Assembly: GCA_004022145.1 (NCBI GenBank)
Contig: RCNU01000004.1
Direction: 5' to 3' (one strand)
Origin: Paecilomyces variotii
Lineage: Eukaryota
DNA: 64,000 bases
Position numbers and translations under genes: made by a program. Below the pieces are notes generated by a model. That model saw nothing but the letters and a program-made list of their open reading frames with translations, was not told where the DNA came from and ran no database searches. This document shows, one piece after another, positions 26,636-39,479 of this stretch; positions within the stretch are counted from its first letter, which is position 1; the number at the start of each line of letters is the position of its first letter.

Positions 26636-27471
26636 ATGACTCCAGCGAGCAATATCAAACTCCTATATGGTACTGTAATCTCCCTTCTTCCAATCTCTCT
26701 TTCAGGGGATTGTTAAATGTATTGCATTTTACTAACTTCTGTCATCTCTACAGGGCGCTTGTGCCTTCACCAGTCTATCTTTCGCCAAAGAATCCTATTA
26801 CCAAGTACTACTTTTCAAAACCGATTGCATCACCGACAATACTCGACACGCAAAATCAGCCACAGTACTGGACGGACTGAAAGGATATTTCAAAATGGCG
26901 AAACCGCCCTGTCCACGGAACAAAAGAACATGAACGTCGTGGAACATGTCCTGTTAGTACTCTCCCTTCTTCAAGACAACCATGCACATATGGGCCAGAA
27001 TAACCGAATAATTATTCCAGAACAACATTCGACCAGATCGTCAACTGGGCTAGACAAGGTTCCCTCTGGCCACTGAGCTTCGGCCTTGCCTGCTGTGCCA
27101 TTGAGATGATGCACGTCTCCATGCCTCGGTATGACCAGGACCGACTGGGCATTATCTTTCGAGCTTCTCCTCGCCAGGCCGATGTGATGATCGTAGCGGG
27201 GACAGTGACCAACAAGATGGGGCCAGCTCTTCGCCAATGCTACGATCAGATGCCGGAACCCAGGTGGGTGATTAGCATGGGCAGTTGTGCGAATGGTGGT
27301 GGTTATTACCACTATAGCTATAGTGTTGTTAGGGGGGTTGATCGGATCGTTCCAGTTGATATCTATGTTCCTGGGTGTCCTCCGACTGCAGAAGCGTTGC
27401 TTTATGGCGTCTTTCAGTTGCAGAAGAAAATGAAAAAGACAAAAATTACCCGGATGTGGTATAGAAAGTGA
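26636..27471 (+). CDS. NADH:ubiquinone oxidoreductase 20-kDa PSST/NDUFS7 (NuoB) subunit, possibly a second paralog, 3 exons
   Basis: [51 protein letters not shown]. Confidence 0.93.
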
Positions 27472-27933
27472 TTGTTGGGAAATGCATGTAATCAACGTTG
27501 ATGTCTGTTAGTATTCCTATGGCAACAGATCCAGAAGCTACTGTATCACTAGTCCACATGTCTTTCTTTAGAATTTCTATATTTATCAATCCTAAACAAA
27601 AAAAGGTGCCTAGTCACGATGGAATCACTCACTGAGATAGAAGCCACGATAGTAATAAATCCGAGGCAGATGTGAAACGAGCTCGACGCCCTATCCGAAA
27701 GACAAAGCAACGTGTAACCTGAGATAGTCTTAGTTCTATATGCATCTTTCATGAAAGGTGGTTACACTGCGTGACAGGGCTTGATTGATAGCGTTGATCG
27801 ATGTACCACGTTGCTAGCGATTGCTTTGTTACTCGCCATAAAAGAGAGTCTTTGTTCTTCTCGAGATATATATCATCATACCCCGAGTCTAAGTGGGCAA
27901 CGAACTTATCAGGAAAGGAGAAATAAGGTCAAG

Positions 27934-29051
27934 ATGCCTTTTGATGTCCAGGATCTGTTCAAAGTCGACGGCCTTGTGGTCGTGATTACCGGCGGGGGGA
28001 CTGGTGCGTTGCCAATTCTTTCCCCTCACAATTATTCCCTTCAGGAGATATATAGATTCAAAAAGGAAATTCCTGTCAACTAACATACAAGTCATCGATT
28101 TCAGGTCTCGGGAAAATCATGGCCCTCGCACTGGCCGCGAACGGCGCACGCAAGATCTACATCCTCGGCCGCCGCCGCGAACCCCTTGAAGATACAGCTA
28201 GCAAATATCCAGCTATCATCAGACCTATCGTCGCAGACGTAACTGACAAAACGTCCCTACGTAATGCAGCAGTCCAGATAAAAAGCGAGACGGGCTACGT
28301 GAACGTCGTGATAGCCAATGCTGGAATCATTGCAGAATCTACACGAGCTCGCCTTTGGGAATTGAACCAAGATACCGATATCAGAAAGGGTCCGAGAACA
28401 TTCAACGCGGACATGAGCGCCGATGAACTAAGTGAATATCTGATGGATACGCCGATGGATGAGTTTCTGGAGACATATAAGATTAATGCTGCCGGTGTGT
28501 TTTATACCATTGCAGCATTCGTCGGGTTGTTAGATGCGGGGAATAGAAAGGGTAATGTCTCGCAGAAGAGTCAGGTTGTGGCAATTGGTAGTGTTGCCGG
28601 ACAGAGTCGGGCTGTGTCGTGTGGTTATGCGTATGGTATGAGCAAGGCTGCTATGGCGTTACTGATGAAGCAGATGATGGCTGTTTTGACTGTACATGGG
28701 ATAAGGGGTAATATGATAGCTTCTGGCTGTACGTGCCCCCTGGCCCTTTACCTTCTCTCCCCCTAGTTGTTATGTTTCCTTCGAGAGCATTGATAAGTCA
28801 AAGAGTGTCCTTGATTCGTTTTACACTATACTGATTTGTTGTATCTAGGCTTCCCAACGGAGATCATTGGAGAGCTGCCTCGTGTGGATTTGACGGTCGT
28901 CGGCACCTTTCAGCCGGAATACATCCCACTCTGTAGAGCAGGAAAGGAAGATGAGATGGCGGGAACGATCCTATATTTGACGAGCAAGGCAGGAGGGTAT
29001 GTCAATGGTCATGTGCTGGCTCTGGACGGTGGGCAGTCATCAGTGTTCTGA
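27934..29051 (+). CDS. Short-chain dehydrogenase/reductase, 3 exons
   Basis: VITGGGTGLG, ANAG, catalytic YGMSK, C-terminal LDGG. Confidence 0.88.
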
Positions 29052-29357
29052 GGACGGATTAGTTCGTAAGCTAGACACTTGGTATATGGGTCGATATTCC
29101 TCGAAGTCTTAATATCAAGATTATTTGATTTCCCCGGAAATCCTAGTAGAGGACGAGCAAATGAGTAAGAATTGGTATCATTCAAGTGGTGGGTTATCAT
29201 CAATATATACAACGGGATATGGACACAGAATCGAATAGCCTGATGCGTTCCGGACTCAAAAAACTAATAAACGCCTTCCTATGCACTTGCCAACTTTTTT
29301 TTTTCGCCCATGACAACATCCGCATAACTCAAGACATTATAGAGGAGGTCATCCAGG

Positions 29358-30968
29358 TCAACCCAAGAACTCTCCGACTTTACCGCCAATATTCTTCAAG
29401 TCGAGAAGGAATGTGTCATGTCCAAAGAGGGACACATCCTCACCCAGCTCAATATGCTGAACACGGGTGTTCCCTCCTGCCCTAAGTGTATCTGCAATTT
29501 CTCGTTGCTGCCACGCAGGGAATAAGCTATCGCTTGCCACACCCATGACAAGAACTGGGTGGTGTTTCAATGGAGAAAGACCTGCGACAAGGTCGGCGGG
29601 TGGCCCGTGAGGATCCTCACTTTGACCCTGACTGCCCGCAACGGACTGGTCCATTGGCGTAGTGGGAGTTTGAGATGGCTGTTCCTCGTAAGGCTTGGCC
29701 GGAAGGGTGAGGCTGCAGGCGACATCAGTGTCGCGGATATTCCGCGAGCCTTCGGAAATCTTTCTTTGATTCTCACTTCTCCTCTGTAGGGTGGCCGTCT
29801 GGTGCTCATAGCCCAGATCAAATAGGTCCATCGCCTTTGAGACGTACAGCAAACTGTTCGGATCATACTCGAGACAGAACTTCTCTCCGGCGTGGTCAAG
29901 ATAAGTCTCGATGAGGAAGTCAGGGCAGAGAGCTGGCTGCTTGCTTGGGTCCGCGCGCCTTCGTCCAAATCTTTTCTCCCATTCGGGACCACTTCTGTAT
30001 GTCACAGTGGCGATCTCACGAGCAAGCTTCATTCCAGAATGCGGGGGAATTGAGTCGTAGTAGAAGCCACGGGCCCAGTTGGGGTCCATCATCAGCACCT
30101 GTCGCTGGGTATGCCTCATAGCAATACTGTATGGGTGACTTCGTGCGCAACCGCTAATACTGACAATCTTGCCCACTCGCTCAGGGAACAAGACACCGGC
30201 AGCCAGGCTCTGCATACCGCCCATACTAGATCCAACCGACGCATAGAGCTTCTTAATACCCAGTGCATCTAGCAGTCTGAACTGTGCACGAACCATATCG
30301 TCAATGGTAAGGATCGGGAATCTTGTAGCATATCTCTTGCCATCTGAGGGGTCGATCGATGAGGGGCCCGTGCTACCATAGCATCCTCCGACCACGTTGG
30401 TGCAGATCACAAAGTACTTATTTGTGTCCACTGGAGCACCCGGTCCGATAAACTTCTCCCACCAACCTGGCTTCGGGTTGGCCGCCGTACTATGGGCATG
30501 ACTGGAGGCGGAGAGACCGGTATGCAAGAGAATGGCGTTGGTCTTGTCTGCGTTCAATTGGCCCCAGGTCTCGTATGCTATGTCGAACTCCGGCAGTATT
30601 CCACCCCAATCCAACAGCAACGGTTCTTTGCATTTGAATTGTTCGTGATGTCCCGTCGTGTACGATGGCTCCGGGCCGGATTGGTCAGACCTCGCGGAGA
30701 GAGACGCGGACCTTGCTTCTTGTGCATCGAGACAAGGAAACGACAGAGCCGGATTCGAGGAAGAGTCTCTCTGTTCTGCGACGCCAGGTTGCGCCTTTTT
30801 AGGCTGATAAGTTCGAATCGATCGGGTGGTAGTCGCAGACAATGCTGGAGGACTATTTATAAGCCGCGCCTGTCTCGTCAAAGGGCCCGCAGCATCATTG
30901 GGCTGGGTCCATCCGGCAGCTCTCAAAGTCCTGGCCGCTGAACGAGCAGCACCGCGGAGAGAACTCAT
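29358..30968 (-). CDS. MetX-fold O-acyltransferase, probably serine O-succinyltransferase (Cys2/CysA type) with mitochondrial-type presequence
   Basis: [17 protein letters not shown] nucleophile elbow, GHDTFLL; Arg/Ala/Ser-rich N-terminus. Confidence 0.85.
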   Translation of the reverse strand: MSSLRGAARSAARTLRAAGWTQPNDAAGPLTRQARLINSPPALSATTTRSIRTYQPKKAQPGVAEQRDSSSNPALSFPCLDAQEARSASLSARSDQSGPEPSYTTGHHEQFKCKEPLLLDWGGILPEFDIAYETWGQLNADKTNAILLHTGLSASSHAHSTAANPKPGWWEKFIGPGAPVDTNKYFVICTNVVGGCYGSTGPSSIDPSDGKRYATRFPILTIDDMVRAQFRLLDALGIKKLYASVGSSMGGMQSLAAGVLFPERVGKIVSISGCARSHPYSIAMRHTQRQVLMMDPNWARGFYYDSIPPHSGMKLAREIATVTYRSGPEWEKRFGRRRADPSKQPALCPDFLIETYLDHAGEKFCLEYDPNSLLYVSKAMDLFDLGYEHQTATLQRRSENQRKISEGSRNIRDTDVACSLTLPAKPYEEQPSQTPTTPMDQSVAGSQGQSEDPHGPPADLVAGLSPLKHHPVLVMGVASDSLFPAWQQREIADTLRAGGNTRVQHIELGEDVSLFGHDTFLLDLKNIGGKVGEFLG

Positions 30969-31742
30969 GATGTCTGAACAGGCGACTGCCGTGGAAAGTT
31001 GACCTCGAGGCAAGATGCACTTTCAAGACCACGAAAGTCCATGACGGAGGCGGAGAAGTGGGCACTCCGATTAAGGAGCTCAGCTGCTGAACAACCCGAG
31101 CAGACACTCGCGCTTTTTTTCTGGATACCTTGCAATCGCGTCATCTGCAAGGCTTCTGATTGGCTGTATTCCTCAGCGGTGAATAGCGGCAGTATACTAA
31201 GTATGGGGAGGAATTCTTGGCATCAACAAATCTGAGATAGTGTAGCTCGTTCGGAGATCTCTATCTGACAGCTTCTGCTCGATGCTACCAATGCTCGCAC
31301 GGTGATAAAATATCTATCTATTCTGCATATTGTACAACGTAAACATACATCACATCGTAACCCGAAATGTACGCATCAAAGCCGCGTTTAGAATAACTCG
31401 CTAAACAACAATTTCAGTGCACACGCTTGGAAAATATACTTTGAACGCCTTCATATCGACATTGAATGATCCGAGAATGGTAGCATGATTGTTTGAGAAG
31501 TAGGAGATGACAAAACCTGACGTCAAGGCTGCAAAATCTTAAATGGTCTTGGCCGATAGGGACCAAAAAACCGATCTCGCGGGATCAATTCACAGACTCT
31601 GGTTCAGATCGTAGAACTTGGGTCTGATTACTCGTCAAACTGGAGGCATGTATGTCATTAGAAAGAAAGAGAATTCATAGCAAAGTCGGCCATGGTATCA
31701 TTTCCCATGGCTATCTCCACGGACCCTGGGGTAACAGCAGCC

Positions 31743-32962
31743 TTAAACTGCGGTGAATGCGATCGTTTCGTTCGATCTGATATCGATGGCAGCCGCATAC
31801 ATGCATCTGTCAGTCGCACTACAGTATGCATGAAAGACCATCTTCTTTCCGTCGCTGGAGACATCCGCCCCTCCTGGAGATCTAAGGCCATAGTCATCGG
31901 TCTGCAGCAACGGCCGTGAAGCCCTTGTGTAAGGACCCTTGAGCGACTGCGACCAGGCGAATTTGACGTTGTAGGCTGGGTTGTTGTAGCAATTGGAGGA
32001 AAAGAACAGGTAATACATGCCCTGTTCTGTCCGGACAATGGCCGGCGCCTCAACAAGAGGACCATCGCTGCTGTCCCTGCTGAGGATCTCGACAGGGTCA
32101 CCGACTGGTGTGACACCGTCACTCTCTAATTGCTGGAGCATAATTGGAACTGGAAGTATTGGTTTGACGCTATTGTCACAGTTCCCTCCATGTCCGATGC
32201 TGTTCTCGTCTACCTTATAGGTGACATAGAGTGTACCGTCAACGTCCCGGAAGGGGGACGGGTCAATAGCACCACCGTTGTTTTTGGGACAGGCTAGAGG
32301 CTTGTCCTCAGGATGGTATGGGCCCAGAGGACTGGTGCCATTGGAGACTGCAGCTCCAACGCAGTGGTGGGCTGTCCAGTTCTTCACCTCCCCGCCATAG
32401 TAAAGAACAAACCTCCCGTCGTCCTAGCGTATGCGACATCAGTATGGAGTGTTTGCACATTTGATACTATTTTGAGTTATCAACTCACCCTCTGGATAAC
32501 ATCAGGAGCAAGATGGTTCTCCTCGGCTTCCCATGCCCCAACAATGGGCAATGCATCCAAACCGGTCAGATTCCAATGTACAAAGTCCTGTGACGTCGCA
32601 ATCGGGATGTGCGCGTATGTGGTGGAGTTCACGTTCGAGACTGGACTTGTCCCAAACGCATACCAAGTGCCGTTGTGTTCCAGAAGGCCTGGGTCTGGAA
32701 AGTTGTCGACAGCCAACCGTGGGTGGGTTGGATCATTAGGTCGATCCGGGATTGCATCATTAGACGATGATCCGCCGCGATGCCGCAAGACTATCGGCAA
32801 GGTGATGATGATCGCCAGGATTCCGGCCCCTAAGATCGCCAGCCCTGTGATACACCAGATCCTTTTCCATGTCCATTTCGACGGTCTGGATGCTGGTTGT
32901 TTGGATGCTGGTTCGATTCCAGAGAATCTCTTCTCGATGTCCGAGGAGGCTTCGCTGCTCAT
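31743..32962 (-). CDS. Glycoside hydrolase family 43 protein with N-terminal TM anchor, 2 exons
   Basis: NFPDP, APDV, GGAIDP, LVEAP, SPGG beta-propeller motifs. Confidence 0.85.
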
Positions 32963-35944
32963 TTCACGTGTTGTATGGGGCCAGGTCTGGAGTCTTGATA
33001 AAGCAGCTCAGTGAGACCTTGCCCAGGTAAGAGGATTCAATGAATTGATAAACCGGTATGGATTAATTATTTGGGACCATGGAGAGGACACATTAATAAA
33101 TACAGGAGTGATTAAATGAGGTAACCGATCTGTTCAGGGAAAACGACGGATTGATGTCAGGTAGAATGAGATACTTGCGCTTCTTGCGTGAGAGGCTTCT
33201 GCCTTTATGTCAGAGAACGCAGAGCAACAAGAAATATCACCTAAAAAACGGGGGATTGACAGGAGATCTCATAGTATCGGCCCACTGCGGGCTGAAGTCA
33301 TGAAGGGAATGATGGATGCCCAGAACTGGCTTGTTGAGGCTCATTGCGATCATGGAACGCATCGCAGAACTACTAGTAGAGTAAGGATAGAGATAGCTAG
33401 CGACTGGTGATCAATTGTTGGCATACTTATCAAGGGCGCGGAGCTCAATCGCCGACCGGCTCGTACCGTTGTCCAATATGCTGGATAGCCAGCTGTGGCC
33501 ATTGGCAACCTCACCTGTGTCGAACGGTGGGTCGAAGTGATCTTCGAGTCAAAACCAACCGCGTCCAGGAAGCTTTGTCATTGTTGCGATCATAACAGCG
33601 TGAGAGTTACCACTGCAGATGCGCCGTTCATTCGAGTCATCTGGATTCCAGATACCAAATAGTCAATTCCACGTCTGCTGCCCTATCAGCAGTCTGGGCC
33701 ACTGGACTTGCATCTGGCTGTCAGCACCGTGAAATGTCTCTTCTGCCCAAGAACCTAGTTGAGACGAGGACAGCTTAGCATGTACCTCGCAATGATAGCT
33801 ATGATGCAGTGACTGACCATCATTCTCCCCACGGTAAACCGCCAGTTTTCATTCCAATCGTATACTCATTGAAGCTCAGGCCGTGTGTCACTTTCCGTCT
33901 GGCACTTCAAGTCATTTTCTTCGTCCGATATCTCACTACTAAGGCATTGATCTGCTCCATTATTATTCAAGTCGACCTTGCACAACAGCAAGGGCGGTAC
34001 TTATAACAACAATACCATAGCGTGGTCCGGACCGCCGGAACGTCTGATTTAGTGTGCTTAAGCACTTGCCCTCGGGAGGGATCCGGGACCGCCTACAGAG
34101 TAAATGTTCTGCGCAGCCCTGTAGATCGCCTAGATGCAGAAAAAGCGGCCAAAATCGGCTACCCTGCTGGGACCAAAGAAATGATGTTCTTTTTGTTCAT
34201 ACCATGCTCAGGCGTTACCTGTCTGGATGACAATAAGAGTGTAAGCTAGCATCAGAGCCCCCCAGCCCAGAATTTGCATAAAGGGTCATCTTTAGAATAC
34301 TATATGTTTAGGTAATTATTTACTTTTCCCCACTTACCAGAGCTCCGAGGATCTTGAATACACGTTTATTGTCCTACTGTATAAGGAAAAGCCTATTCTT
34401 TGCGAACCGTTGTGGCAGACATTCGATGCTTAACTAGGTGAGGATTTCATGATTTCATTTGCGACCTGAGGCATCATAGCTGCTAAGTCCGCTTCATCTC
34501 CATGTATATATAGAGTCAGCCCAATCTGCGAACTGCACCTGACAGACTGCAGGTGATGTAGATCGGTGTTCGTTTCAGACGATCGATCCCTGTACATCTT
34601 ATTCAGCGCTGCACCTTTTTGTGAGTTATGTAAGCGGACGCTGTTGTCGCATTATGGCATAGCATGTCGATCAAAAAAAACATCAACCCAATAGAAAAGC
34701 GTTGCAGTTATTATTCACACGTGTCCAAACGAAGATGCAGGTTGTGGCTGGTTACTCGTTTCTAGTTACATCCAAATAGGCAATGGAGGGAGGTCCTTTC
34801 ACCAATCTCCCTGTAATCTCAACTGTAACGGCGGCTAGGAGTCTTCGCTACATAATAGCCAGAATAAGAGTAGTTAGACATTTCGCGCTTATGAAATTAT
34901 TCTTCCCTTCTTCAATAATTACTGAGAGGGCCTCAATAATTTTTAATCACGGGAATAAAATGAAATAAAACCTGTAGAAGAGCGGTCGCGGCACACTTAA
35001 GGCCCGCGATCTGTACGTGAAGCGAAGGTGCATGCAATCAATATTGACGCAGCAATGAGCTTCGAGAAACTGCCCATGTGCTATAGTAGAGTACTTAAGG
35101 CAACCTGACCCCAATGTTACGGCCCCACAGCAACTGAAGGCTATCTTAAATTACGTGAGACCACCAACGCTTTGTAGTGGTATTCGTGACCATTTTGCCC
35201 TGCTGGAAGAGGAAAAAAATATATGTTCCTGCCTCAGCTGTTTTTTTGAGTGGAGATAAAAGGCAATTATTAGATTATAACCAGAAATTAGACACTAATG
35301 GTGGAGCTAGTTCATTATTATTAAAAGCAATATGGCATCATGAGGCCGGCGTTGCAGAAGAACCAACTAAGTATATTGTCTCCTGAGATCAAAGGCCTAA
35401 ACTCCATGGAATGTTTGACGATAGTTATGCCAGAGACCTATAAGGTGCCACGCATGATCTATACTATCCCAACAAGAAGTGTTCCTGTCGAATGCAATAT
35501 ATTCCGGGCGGTCCTGAATGGGAGGGTGTCCATGTCTGTGTCCGTATATGTAAATTAAGGACGGAATGATCGACTTCTCCATTCCACAATGGCCATTTAT
35601 CAAAAGCCATCGAAAACTCCTCTGGCTGTGGCCCCTGCAAGCGGTAGCGATACGACCGTTGCACTAAAGCCGAAAACATGTATACCAACCAAAGGCGGTA
35701 TATTGGATCTCCAGAACGGCAGATCGTCCGTTGTGAAAGATCTAGGTGCCCGGTGCGTTCTTTGCGGAGTATTTCAGCAACTCCCTTTTCCCTTTCCAGT
35801 CGACATAGACAGTCATTAATATTAATATTATTCCTGCGCCAACTCAATTGACCTAGCTGGTCAGTCCAACATCCTTCGTGGAACGGAGGAATTACGCGGC
35901 CTTCGCTCTCTAGACGACGACATCACTGTTCGCTCCTCTAGCCG

Positions 35945-36050
35945 CGGGTATCAGCTCGGCGAGGGTAGAAAAAAGCTCAGCAAGGGTAGAGAAGTTTTTC
36001 TGAAAAAAGTCTTAGCATTTTTTTCTACCCTTAATTAGCTCTCGCTTAAT
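35945..36050 (+). repeat. Left terminal inverted repeat
   Basis: cagctcggcgagggtagaaaaaagctc...ctcgcttaat is the reverse complement of 41564-41669. Confidence 0.95.
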
Positions 36051-36187
36051 TAAAATAATAATAGAGCTAGTCTCTAATCAATTTTTGTCGCATATATAAT
36101 AATAATACTAAAGCTAGAGCTATAAAGAACTATAGTATATTCTATATATATACTAGATATATCCTTTATCTATTTAAATAAGATATA

Positions 36188-39100
36188 ATAGCTAATTCTC
36201 CTAGGTAAAAAAGCGCTAAATTAGAAGATAAAACTATTAATAATTAGATTAATATAAGATTATCAGCGGTATATCTGTAGTATATACTAGGCATATAATA
36301 TTAATATACCTATAGGATATATTTAAAGAGTTTAGTATTATTATTTTATTAAATAGATAGTTAAAGATTTCTATAGCAGAGATATAAGATTATTTATATA
36401 TGCCTAGCTATCCCTATATCAATGCAATAAGAATTATATATTTTATTTATAAAGTAAAACTATATCTAAGAAGCTAAGCATATAAAATTAATTAAAAGAT
36501 TATAAAGGAAATATTAAAGGTAAGTTCTATATATGCTAGACTTATACTATATTAAAGGCTAATATTATTAGATTTAATTTTTAGTCTATAATATTAATAG
36601 CTATAATACTATTTATTTAAAGCTATTACATAAAGATAATAAAGATAAAGAAAATATAAAGGCATATTATTAAACTTATTAATACAGCGGTATTTATTAT
36701 TATAAATATATTTATCTAGATATCTTTTATATATATAATATATATAATTATATTACTCCTAACTATATTAATAACCTATAAAAGAAGTTAAGCTAATAGC
36801 TTCTAGATATCTTTATTTTAAAATAACTTTAAACTATTATAAAAATATAAATAAGATAAAACCTATATTTTATAAATATTAATATATAATTATTATAGGT
36901 AGTATAATACTTTTATAAAAATATAGGATTAAGATAGTGCTAGATTATATTCTTATTATTAAATTAAAGAGTATAGTTATATAAGATAAAGACCGACAGT
37001 CTTTTATAGGAGCAATATATATATATTATAAATATATGTCTAGTATATATTAATTATATATATAGATTCTATATTTTAAATGCCCTCTCTTTATAGATAT
37101 AGAATTATAGTATAAAACTACTCTTTTTACTTAATATTTATATAGTATTAATATACCCTATCTTAGTATAATTACTTAATATAGTGTTTATACAATAAAA
37201 CCATAGTATATATATATTAGGACTATATATTCTAGGCATATATAATATAGTTTTAATTATTCTTAAGATCTTAGAAAGATAATATAATTTAAATATAATA
37301 TTAAATTTAATATCTATATTCTAGTCTATTAAGAATAATTTTAATTTTATCTTTTAATTACTTATAGAAGATATTTATATTATTCTCTTTATCCTATAAA
37401 ACTGTCTAAGGATATTATAGATAAAGTTACTATATTAATTTAATAATAAAATATCCTAGATCTTATAGCATATAAGTATATACCTAGTATATATAAAATA
37501 TATACTAACCTTTAATTAGGGCAATTTATTATATTATTATAGTTTATAACCTTATATAACTAATATAGCAAGAATACATTATATATAATTTATTAAAGCC
37601 TTAATATTAAGGATAAAATTATAGTATTAATTGCTAAAAAAAAGTTATTCTATTATTTAGCTAGTAGTAATATTATAGGTATATATATAATGCTATTTAT
37701 ATAAAATATTAACTGCTAATATTATATAGGAATATAATATAAATTTACTTTAAATTATAACTATAATAGTAATAAATAATAGATTAAGGAGATCTATTTT
37801 TTTAATAATAAATATTTCCTTATTATCTATTGCATATATACCCAGGCAAAGGCTTTTCTTAATATAGAGTATATTAAAATAGACCTTTTATTTAAGATAG
37901 TCTAAGGGAAAATTAACCTCTTTATAATTACTAGGTGGAATAATATAAATAAGAGTAAATATATCTACTATATATATATATAATCTATATTTATTTTATA
38001 AAGGGATTAATACTTATATTTATATTTTTATTAATTTAGAAATATAAGAGGCTTATATAACTATATTTATAAAGATATTTTAAATTTTAGGGGATATAGT
38101 ATATTCTCTAATTTAGTTTGCTTATATCTATTAAAATAAGAAAGATATATAAATAATTACTATTAATATATATATAAAGCAAATATCTAATAAGACTATA
38201 ATTTACTTTATCCTTATTCTATATTTCTATAGTCTAATTTTAATATAGGATTTAAAGACTTTCTCTATAGTCTTAATCTTTTAAGAATATAGTCAGAATA
38301 TTTATAATATATAATTATCTTCTGTTTAGTTTATATAATAAGAAACTTCTTAGTATAATTTTTAACATATCTATTTAAATATATAATCTATAGCTTATAG
38401 ATAGTAGATTTAATTAATAAGCTTCTTTAGCTTATAGATAGTATATATAATATTAATACTAATCTCTGCTTTTAGATTAATTCTAAGCAGAAACTATAAA
38501 TACTTAATAAGCTTATTTATAAAGCATTAAAGGTCCCTATTAAATATTAAAAATATATATATAAGTATATAGGGCTTAGTAAAAGCAGCTATTTTTAAGA
38601 TAATTATATAACTAAAAAGGCATATTTATTACTTAGGGCTATTTTATAATAAGTATATATTAAATATATATAGGATACAGATAGTAACTAATTAATATAT
38701 AAATATAAAAAAGCATATCTAAGAGATATATATAATATTAGATATTTATAAGACTACTAATATTAATACAATATAGAAGAATTATAGTAATATTATATAG
38801 CTTATAATTTAACTATAAAAAAAAGGTAAATATATATAATCTACTATTATACTAGATTACAAACTCTAATTATATAGACTAATATTATTAATATATAACA
38901 GCTAAACAAGTTTAAAAGCCTATATTCTTATATAATCTACAGAATATATATAATATATCTAATATTACTATCTTAGCTCGCAGTTACTAATAATTAGACT
39001 CTATTTTTATAATATAATTAATAGATATAGTCTCTATTATAGATCTACAGTCTAACTTAGGATAAAATATAACTAATATAGGGCTTATATATATAGACTC

Positions 39101-39326
39101 TATACTACTACTACTACTACCTAGTATAAAGCATAGAATATAGAGACCTTATACTAAAAATATATTAGAAGTAATAGAGAGAGAAGCCTGTTATTAATAT
39201 ATTAAGATTTTAAATTAAAATATTACTAGATTAAAGATAAGAGCTAAAGAATTTATAGAATAATAACTTTATAAAAAAAAAAAAGAATTATTAGCTAAAA
39301 TAACTAGCCTAGAGAGAAGGGACTAG
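36188..39326 (+). pseudogene. RIP-inactivated MULE-type DDE transposase (ends approximate)
   Basis: De-RIP reading gives EMDLSFK (Asp codon intact, 37882), VDMC.KQ (38165), FCLVH..RNF (38320-38349) and GLSESSHFQDN (38572-38604); residual introns with CTAAC/CTAAT branch sites. Confidence 0.78.
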
Positions 39327-39479
39327 ATAATATATACTAAGCATAAATATATTTTATTTTAAATTAAACTAGAGTATATAGGCGCTTAAGCTATAGATTC
39401 TTAAAAATATCCTTTTTATTAAATATCTATTAAAGATAGGCACCTAGATATAGAGAAAATATATAAGGCATATATTTAG

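Noticed and set aside
32905-32925. ggttcgattcc tRNA T-loop-like motif
   Set aside because: Lies inside the GH43 CDS; no cloverleaf.
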